Positions 54,301 to 64,000 of a stretch of DNA of 64,000 bases are shown one piece after another (within the stretch, counting starts at the first letter, position 1; every line of letters starts with the position of its first letter). The notes beneath the pieces were generated by a model. That model saw nothing but the letters and a program-made list of their open reading frames with translations, was not told the DNA's origin and searched no databases. The stretch lies in NCBI GenBank assembly GCA_976551045.1, contig CDPCPM010000011.1:6758001-6822000 (forward strand). The letters are read 5' to 3'. Source of the DNA: Glaucostegus cemiculus (taxonomy: Eukaryota). A program made the translations under genes and the position numbers.

Positions 54301-56823
54301 GGATGAGTGTCATCCCAATCCTTTAAATGTGATCTGTTTCTGAATGGGATAATGCCATTAAATTATACTGCTGGAATTTCTAAACCTTTCCATGTTTCCT
54401 TTTTCTTAAACTGTCAGATTACTGCTTCAAGTCTATGCAAAAGCAACACAATGCTAGAAATTCAGGTGTGCTGAATAGCTTGAAATGTTAACCATTGTTT
54501 CCACAGATACAACCTGACTTACTGTAATATTCTAAATAGTCTGATTTCCAGCAGCATTTTTGAAAAACTGTGCATCGTTTTTGCCCACAAGGGAGGTGGC
54601 TAAAATTGCAGCAACATTGCTCAATTTGGTTGTAAACACTGGAAATTATACAATTAGGATTTCCATTTCATTTTTAAAATAGTTTTTTTTAGATCACCTA
54701 GAAGCAAGTTTTAAATTTGAAAATTTAAGCCTTATGTCAATACCCATTATTGTAGCTTTTCCTCCAATCATTTAAGGTTACAGTTCCTACTTCACATACC
54801 AACAAATTCTAAAAGGTCCTGGTTTAAGCTTGTACATTGCTGACAAATCTGCACAGAAAACTATTCAAAATTAATGGATAGTGAAAGCCTGAGTGACGAC
54901 ATTGATTGTTACTTCTTTGCATTAAAATGATTCCCCCAATTCTTGGGGATTCTACTGGGTTCTGTAGAATTAGACACCAACACAGTATGAGAAGTTTATA
55001 GTTCTAGCTTGTTCTTTGAAGGGAATCTCCAATCACACTTAACTACTGGGGGTTTTCTTTCACACCCAAGTTTGGTGCTCCCATTAATGAGAAACTTGAA
55101 GATTTGTGAATTACAAACTATTTACTATTCCTTGTCTCAAGCATATTATGAAACTTCAGGTCCAAGATGGAGGCATCTGTTCAAGGGACAAACCATGAAC
55201 ATCTGTTTGTGGGACCACTGGAAATGATAACATTCATACTCAATTGCCTCCAGAACTGAGGTCAGTCAACAGCATTGCTATTGGTTTAGAGTCATATTGG
55301 CTTGACCAGACAAGGAAAATAAGTTCATCTTGAAAGCATTGCAATCTGGTGCTCATCATTTGCTGCTGTTTCATATTATGGACTTCAGTACTTAAATTCC
55401 TCTTTGCTTTGTTTGAATAAGCTATACAACTTTAATGCAGTTTTAAAAGCAGCATTGTTCTGATACAAAACTTGGGTGGCAAAAAATGCTAGTAAAGTCA
55501 GAAATAAAGCCATGCCAATTTCCACTTTAAACCTCCTACAAGGAAAGGCAAGCAGTGGGTTTAAATGACAGAATGGATGACTTGTGCACATGGGAAAATG
55601 CTTTTGGTAAAATGAGAAGTTGCCAGCTAATGTAGGACACATTTAAGAGGTGCCAAGCAGATTGAAGGACTACAGATCAATTCCCAACTTGAGTCAAAGG
55701 AACAAACTTCAAGTACTTTGATATTTCAGACCATTATAGATTTGGGGGGGGTGGGGGGGTGAGGGGCATTTCTTACATGTGGTAGCTTCATTCTAAATTT
55801 TGTGAATAGCCAAATTGCACTGCAAAACTTGAAACAAAGTATCAGGACATTATTGGGCTTTGAATATGCATTTGCATGACTGGAATAGCAGTCAATACTC
55901 CAAAAATTGAACCCAATTAAGCTTCACATGAAATATGTAAAAGATTATTGAATCACAGTAAATTTAGAAAGGCATTGAATACTCGTGCAGCAAGTGAGAT
56001 TACACAATTCACTTTCCTGCTCTGCACAATGTAGAAAATAAATTAAAGTTTATTCAGCATCTTTACCTTGCACTCAACAGGATTAAAATCTATTCCACAT
56101 TTATGGCCAAATATTGAAGGAATTAGATAATTCAAAAATAATAATATTTCCATGATTCTAAACAAGTAAAATGCCTTTTCTCCAAACTCTATCCTGCAAA
56201 CTGTCTCTCAGCTTCCCACATACTGAGAGCCATCATGCATCTTGTACAAGATGCAAATGTTGCCTACAAGATGCAAATAGATGCTAATTACTACATGGTC
56301 AGTTTTTACTTTGAGAAATACAAAATTCAAAAAAGCCATAAAGTATATTCAATTTCAGGTGCTTAAAGCTGTTCACTTCCATAAGTTAAAGTGAGATCAA
56401 TTTCAGAGCAGAGAGCATTTACAGAATGCAACTGATAGTGAAGATACACACTTAAGCACAATTACACATTTTCAACATTTACTACTCTTATCCACACCAT
56501 TCAGAAATAAGTGGAAACAAGAAGTTAAACAATCTAGCTTTTTTCATTTCTTATTGCTGTTTAGCTCTTGCCATGCAGACTTGCCCAACTGCTCTTGTAG
56601 CTTTAACAACCTAACTTTGCACACATCTATTGTTCCCAGAAACTTACCTATAGTGGAGATAATTGTGCATGGCTTCCACAACGCAAAGTCATTTACTTCA
56701 GACACTTTTCTGGACTGTGTAGATTAGACAGAATTCTCTTAAACAAGTTCAGTATTTTAACTTCTGTTTCAAGGCAGCAAGTTAACATTTGATTTTAACT
56801 CAACCTTTGATCAGTTGACATAC

Positions 56824-56914
56824 CGTTGTTCTTCCTCCAGTTGTTCTTTAGTCAATGATTTTTCATAGCTGCTGCGTTGAATCTTGCCTGGACGATACTC
56901 ATCAACTAGGTCAT
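56824..56914 (-). CDS. MXRA7: MXRA7 penultimate coding exon (91 nt)
   Basis: Acceptor tttgtttttccAG|, donor CG|GTATG; encodes DLVDEYRPGKIQRSSYEKSLTKEQLEEEQR, matching MXRA7 YSPGKLRGNQYKKMMTKEELEEEQR. Confidence 0.9.
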
Positions 56915-59900
56915 CTGGAAAAACAAATGAAGCTCCAAAATATGCAGTCTAAAATACTCAAGCTAGGGCAGTACGTCATAATTGGGCAAGTCAACTAAAT
57001 CATCTGCTCTGTTCAAAGATTTGGGCAATTTAAATATTCCACAGGTTGCCAAGACTGAAGTGTCCAAATAACTGGTTTTTGGACATTGGTTGCACATTTT
57101 CTTATTTAGTGTAATTCCTCCACTCCCAAACATTACTTATTCAATGCTAATAAAACCTTGGCTTAATGGTATTTCCCACCTCCCCCACCCCCCAACCAAA
57201 AGTAACCAAATGACCTACTTTGAATTGGAAATGTGAGCAACACACCAGTCGGGGAAATCTATCATCTGCTGAAGATTCCCAGCATGTAGCATTTCAAGAA
57301 AATGAGACTTGCTCCTTTAAAGACCTGCTTGGAAAAAAACTTCCCACAATTGCTGAAAGAAAACCAATCACAGCAAGTCATACAAAAACTCAACTTCACT
57401 TCACCTTTCATTTTGGGTCAAGGACAAGGCACACATTTGGTCAGTTTCAAACAAAACCCATTCAACTTGAGGTTCAGGAATAAGGGTATTTTTTTTGCAG
57501 CTGTCTGACTGTACTAATTATCACAAAAGTTCTAGATTCTGCAAATAAATCTTTTTCTACCTTCATATTTATAATTTGTTATGTCAAATCTGATGGCAAG
57601 TATAAACAAGTATCAAGCAGTTTTCCAAAACTTTGGAATTTTACTTCCCTTCCTTTTGCCCGTAAACTTAGTTTTTAAGTTCTTAACTACTTGTTAATCT
57701 AATTTTGTTCTTGGTCATCTTTTTAAACCTAAAATGGAGGCTCAGAGCCAGCCACCAGCAGTGGGGAATAAACATCCCTACAAATTAGGCATTACTTTTA
57801 ATAGCACACTGAAGCTGCTGAGATAAAGAGGACCAGTTTGCATCATTGTTTAAGAAACTGATTTTAAAGTCAGAAGTTAGCTGCAGAGCACCAATAGGTC
57901 CCTTGTTATTGTAAAGCTCAACACCATACAAGGTCAAGACAGCTCAAGTTGTAAACCAAATTTAGATCTTGACTGGATCTGTAATCAAAATGGAGCTCTC
58001 ACTATCTTGCTCTTGGACAGAGTTCTTACGTTGCTTGGTGGGATAATAGTCTTTGCTGCCTTCTGTCAAGCTCCAAATTATACAGATCATATATACAAAG
58101 ATGATTAATCTAAACCGATACATGGTCCATAAATTTAGGAAAAGGATTGTGCACTTGTTTGTAAATAGTCAACACCAATTCTCAATACTTGGCATCAGCA
58201 TTTTAAACCAATTGAATGCCGTGTTCATACACAGGATTGAGGAAGCACTAATCTTTCAAACTAAAGGTTTGCTGTATTAGTCAAAATCTGGAACAAGGCA
58301 ACCAAGACATAAATATTCCTATTCTGAAATTGTTTGAGTCATTGGACTGGTATTTGATCATGAGCCAAAAGTAGAATACAGCCCAGCACATTTTGCATGT
58401 GGCAGACAACCAGGTTGAATAGATGTGTGGGACTCAAAGCAAATTTGACTGCATAGAAAAGAGGAGCATTGGTGATCATGGCTTGGGTCAACATTCCACA
58501 TTTTGCCAATAGCATGCAGTCTAAAATTAAACTCCATGGTCAAACCTGTTGGAATTTCTTGCAAACATCAGCATCCTTTGCATAAAGCTGCAAGCATCCC
58601 ATTCAAGGCCCAGAAAACACCATTTAAGTAGTGCCAAATCATATTCCAATTTCTAGCATTCTTTGGCCAGATAGAAATGGTCTTCTCCATCTTTATTCTT
58701 TAACCAGCTTGTGAAAGACCCTGGTCAAGAATAGAGAACTCCCCTGTATGCCAGAGCCAAAGTACTGATATAAAATCAAGTAATCAATAGTGATCACCCA
58801 GCTTTACTATCATCTTCAGTGGCACTATCACTTGGTCACCCCATGCAAACTTCATATACAGGACTGGGCATGATAACATTTACTGCACATCCCAAATTGT
58901 TCAAGTGATGAGGGCTAGCTGAAACCTCCATGCAGTGGTGCTGCAAGGACAGTTATTGCAAACTTTCCAGTTGCAAGTCTATTGGTTCAATGTTGGGATC
59001 AAAGACAATGAGGAAGTAATTGACATTATGGCAAAGATAACCACTGCAATAGTGAAATTTGGGTTGATGGGCTCAAGGACTGGGGATTGTGGAGTAAACA
59101 GTAAATTGTTCTACAATTTTCACGCCGACTCTCCTGCAGTTTGCATATAGTAAACCAATGAAGCATTTACAGGAAGAAACCCATTCATTCTAAAGTCCTT
59201 TTCCTAACAGAGCCATATTTGCTGACACTGGTCAAAACTGACCAGAAAAAGTGACCTGAAATAACTTGAAATTTGAAAAGGACTAGGCTAGTGCCATTTA
59301 TCACAGTAATATTCAGATGCATCAAGAAATCTGATGAATGCAAAGCTGTATGAAATAATGGTCAAATACCTATCATGCAGTAGACAATCCTTAAAATTCA
59401 TAATGGCAAATTCAGACAAGATGGCTGGTGTGGCACTAAAGTGACATAAATTTGTGTTATTGACAGTGAATGGAGGTTAGCACAGAATGGCTAGTACAGC
59501 TGCTGAAATGCATCATGCAGGTCTTTAATTATTGAATTACAGGAGTTGAAGTTCTCATTGTTTTTGTTTAAATTACAACATGCCCACTGCAGCTACCAGG
59601 TTTATACAGGATTGTAATTTGTTGTTGAATAGAATTTACTCCTTTTAAACAAGACAGGCAATTTTCAATTTCTCCTCTTAATACAATTTGAACACAGGAA
59701 TTCCTATTGCTCCAACCTTTGAAGGGTGTGAGGGCAAGAAATTGCCCAAGACATATGGAAGCAGAAAAGGTGGAAATATTCTGATGCAAACTTAACCTTC
59801 CAAAACTGATTGAGTTTACAATGAGATAAAGCTACCAAACTGCTACTACCTAGAAATTCAGAATCAACTAAAAATAAAAATATTGGAGAGAAATCTCTGT

Positions 59901-60159
59901 AGTTATAATCCCTACAAGACTTCTGGACAAATAGCCCATACCATACACAAGCTGCATCCACCCTTCAACTAAAGTCTGGGGGAAAATGTAGACCCAAACT
60001 AGTGTAGTGTGCACTTAGTGACATCTCATCCAAATCTTCCAACTAGCACATGCGTCAATGTTACTGTTCAACTCAACAGTTGGAGCAACAAAAGCAGTTT
60101 TGCTTAAACATGGCAGAAATCTGGCTCACAGATGTCATTTTCTAAACTTATTCCACCAG

Positions 60160-60420
60160 CAGTGACACAGCTGAGAGTGCAGCTGCCTCAGCTCCAGCAA
60201 CAGGTGTCATCCTGATCTTATGATATTCCTGTCAAGTATGCATGTCCTTTCCCATGATAAGTTTCCTCCAGGTGCTGGAGTTTTCCTACATCCCAAAATA
60301 TTATGCAAGTAGATTGTGGCTACTGTAAACTACACCTAGTGTAAATGGTACAGGAGAGGGAGTTCATAAATGAAGTAGGGGAAGGTGATTGCTTTGAGAG
60401 CTAGCCAAATGGCCTCCTGC
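60160..60420 (+). mobile_element. V-SINE-like element (degraded)
   Basis: gctgcctcagctccagc...gtttcctccaggtgctggagttttcctacatcccaaa. Confidence 0.5.
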
Positions 60421-62849
60421 AAGTAAAAATACAGACATTAAAAAAGTACAGTTAGATTGACAAAATTGCAAGGGAAATTGCTAAGCAAATAAAGGAATTT
60501 TTGCAATAGATATCCCTATTTACAAAGCTCACCCTTTAAGTTTTGGCATCAGCTGCAGTCTTTCCAAAAATGAGGGTTTACTAGGGAACAGGATTTACTT
60601 AGAGATAAAGTAAATTGGAACTTTTCCCAAGCAAAATGGGTTAGAGATTAGGAAGCATTCAAAATAGAACTCGAAAGAAATTTGAGTAATGCTTCTTCCA
60701 TTAAGTGGGTCATTTAGATCTCATTTCAGTAGTTTTGAAACCCTACCCAAAATAGTGTAACCACATTCCTTTGCAAGAATTCCTTCAAATGGACCGAGTT
60801 TGTTAGGGTCTTAGGAAGCAGGGAGGTGCAGAAGTAGCAGGACAAGGAACTGGAGCATTTAAGGACCAAATGCACAAGTCAATATTCCATGATAGGAATA
60901 CATCCACAAATCTCAGGCAAGCCTTCCAGGAATCCTTTATGGTAAAAATACAAAAAAAACATGTTTTTGAAGCATAATGTAGTAAGCCTGGCTATTTTAG
61001 TAGATTACTGTAGAATTGGCCAGAAAGACAACTTGGGAGAAAGGACAGACTACAGCTTTGGATGCTTTAAGCAGAATTTGACTTGGAAACAACCGTCACT
61101 TGAGGAAAGTTAAACATTCAAAAATTGTTACTTTTCAAAAATAATGCTTGGATTTGTATTCACCTACAGAATCTGGAAGTACTTTTTGCATCCATTAAAC
61201 TCCAGGACTAACTTTTAGTCCATTGGGGACAATGTTAGAATTCAACTTGCATTTCCTATTTGGTTAGATGAGACTTCAAGTACCAAAACATGAAATCCTT
61301 TACATCAGTGCAAGATCACATTCTTGATGTCTTCAAGATTAGACATTAAACCAGAATTATGAAACTTCAAATACTGCTTTATCAATCTTAAAATATAATT
61401 ATCATATCACCTTGTAATTATGTTTAATGGGAAGAGGTGGCTTACCATGGGGATTTGATTGCAAGGGATGCAGTCAGGCATTCTTATGGCTGTAAATGAG
61501 ATTTTTGAATTGCAGTCTCCCTGGTACCAGAATTAGTGCCATCCTAGCAGTTGTAGAACCCTGAGGGTAAACAGCCAGAAACTGTAGCCCACACTGGTAC
61601 TAATGACATGGGTAAAGAGGGCTGATGTCTTGCAACTTGAAGACAGGACTCAAAAGTAGAGTGGGAGCAGCCACTTGCAAGTGACTCCACATCTAACAAG
61701 TGTTGAAGGCCAGCATGTTTCAGGGTGAAAGGCAAGTCCAGGAAACACAATAAAAAACCCAAAAAGGAAGCATATGGTAAGTTGAGCATGAAAACAGGCA
61801 AGGCCATTCAGGAGTAGAGAATGAGCAGGGGGGATATTTAGCAGGGCCATGAAATATCATGGGTAGACAAAATTAAGCACAATCCCAAGGCACTATATAC
61901 AAGAGTAAAGTGGTAACTAGGTAAAAAGTAGAGCCACTGGGGGCCAACAGGTCACTATGAGGCAGAAGTGGCAAGTGATCTCTTAAATGAAAGGAAGTGC
62001 TGTAGCAGATTTGAGGAGATGTACAATACCTTTTTGACATGCTTGAATATCCACAACTTCTGGCCTCAAAGTAGTTAGAGTCAGATATATGGAGGTGGCC
62101 TTTCCACCCACTGAGGCAAGTACCTACTTTTGCACCAATACTACTGCAAGTCACATTCTCCACATTCCAGAACTACATGGGAGAAGTTTGTGGCCAATTA
62201 ACCTACCAATGCAGTTTTAGTGACGTGCAAAGAAATCCAGTCACAAAGAACATGCAAACTCCAGGGAGTACAAGCAAACTAGACAAACATCACTAGAAAT
62301 CAAGATTGGACATGGGTCACTGGAGCTGAAACAGCTCTACCAGATATGTCACTGCCTCAAATATCCCAGGTTATTATCAGGGACAGGAGCAGATTGCTGG
62401 GGCCCTGACAGATGATTTTTATCTTTGGTAGCAACAGGCAAGGTACCAGGTGACTCGAGGATTGCAACTGTGGCATCTTTCAAGAGCAGCAGGGACTAAA
62501 CCAGCAAGTTGAAGGTCAAAGGTAGGCAAGTTGTTTGAGAAGGGACAGGATTAATGGACACTTGGAAAGAGGGATTGATCAATGAAGCCAGGTTAACTAT
62601 TTGGAGAAGGATTGTATCCAATTTAATTAAGCTTTTCTTTGAGAAATAAAATTTGAGGCCAGAGTATTTGATGTAGTCTACCTAGAATTCAAGGTCCCAC
62701 ATGGAAGGCTGTGATCAAATACATTCTGTAGGTGCTGGAGCCCTTGCTGTTTGTCATACAATTAATGATTTGCATACAAATGTGCAAAATTTGCAAATGA
62801 CAAACATTGTGCTGATTGGAGAAAGCCTTAGATTTCAGAATATTGGTAA

Positions 62850-63900
62850 ACTGGCCCATCCCCAATACTTCCCTTCCCAGGAAGGTCTCCATCTCAGGAG
62901 ATATTAGCCACAGTAACCTTGACTATACATCCTCTCATCCCATCTCCAATAGGAATGGGATTCCTTTTCCCAGCTCCACTATCAACTGCATTCATCCTAA
63001 TAAGGCCTTGGACTCTGGTGAAATCCTTGAAATGCAGCTTCCCCTCTGTCCTAGTGGATGCAACTCCCAACCACCTTTCCTCCACTTCCCTACATCTGCT
63101 CTGTGGGACAGAACCAAGTTCCCTGGTACTTGCTTTCCACCCAAAAGCCTTTGCTATTAATGTATTCTCCTTCACATTCCACTAGCCTCAAAATAACCAT
63201 ATTGCATGTTTTTCCTTTGTGCATTTTACAGGAAAGTCACTTTGCAACTCCTACTGTTCTCATCCCCACCTACCACTCCCAATCCTATAGGACCTTCTCA
63301 TGCAACAGCCAGTGATGCAAAACCCACCTATTTCTCCCCCTTCCATCATCCAAGGAAGGAATCATTCCATATGAAGCAGTGATACACTTGTGCTTCTAGT
63401 ATGCTGCATTGTGGCAGCCTCTACACAAAAAAAAACACATTGGCTGATTGCTCGTCTGCTGGAGTGACTGAGCTTCTCACTGCTTACCAGGTTACCTCAC
63501 CACCCCAGTCCCTTCTCCATCTGTGGGTCCCTGCATTGTTACAAGCCTAATGCAAGCTTAAAGAGCAGCTCATTTTCAGAGGCATATTGTGGTCTGCAGG
63601 ACTATACCGAATTCTCCAACTTCAGATAACTTGCCCTTTGTCAGGACTAGCCATTTGTGCTTGCAACTATTTTTATATTCCGACATGTTTGTTTCAGTAG
63701 GCCAAAAATATACTTAACTCAGCTATCCATTTAATGGCTACATAATTCCACCTCATTACAGACATCTTTGTTCCATTCACTGCCCTCACACCTTCTGACA
63801 CTTACTTTCCCAGTTCTGAGTTCTACCTGAAATGTTCACTGATTTCTTTCTGAAGATGCTGCTTGACTCCACAAGTTCCTCCTGTTTTTCTGGCAAGTTG
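62850..63900 (+). mobile_element. Penelope-like retroelement fragment (RT C-terminus/GIY-YIG region, degraded)
   Basis: cttgactatacatcctctcatcc (LDYTSSHP), GIY-YIG-region remnants, terminal gatgctgcttgac...agttcctcc. Confidence 0.55.
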
Positions 63901-64000
63901 GGTGTAGCACTAGTTGATAGAATTACATTCTGGAGAGGTTGGGATGCTTTTTGGGTGGGAGATCTGATATACACCAGGAACAATAGGCCCTCCCCCCAAG

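Noticed and set aside
61446-61489. Candidate upstream MXRA7 exon on - (tttacAG...ATG|GTAAGC)
   Set aside because: The frame required to join the 56914 exon contains TGA and there is no acidic MXRA7-like sequence; the upstream exons probably lie outside the window
278-63983. Most short ORFs in the six-frame track
   Set aside because: No domain motifs or splice context; many start at non-ATG codons or lie in decayed repeats, as expected by chance in vertebrate introns

Overview
This is eukaryotic vertebrate genomic DNA, AT-rich and CpG-depleted, with one assembly gap (22715-22901). The repeat content (CR1, Penelope-type, V-SINE, Rex1/Babar) suggests a cartilaginous fish; that assignment is inference. 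Two convergent spliced genes were reconstructed by hand. (1) A complete ENPP7-like alkaline sphingomyelinase gene on + has 5 coding exons (13281-29107, 461 aa) and a probable non-coding last exon from 32847. (2) The 3' part of MXRA7 lies on -, with an internal exon at 56824-56914, a terminal exon at 36361-36475 and an alternative short terminal exon at 38800-38812. Nearly all other ORFs in the track are spurious or transposon-derived. The most interesting signals are: three young Rex1/Babar LINE copies placed as competing inverted repeats around the stop-free, phase-0/0, 630-nt ENPP7 exon 3 (a circRNA or exon-skipping configuration); decayed minimal hammerhead ribozyme cores in Penelope-derived short elements; a V-SINE with a Rex1-type 3' tail; and alternative MXRA7 3' ends. 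No prokaryote-style novel system is supported. Repeat family names come from motif recognition, not from a database search.
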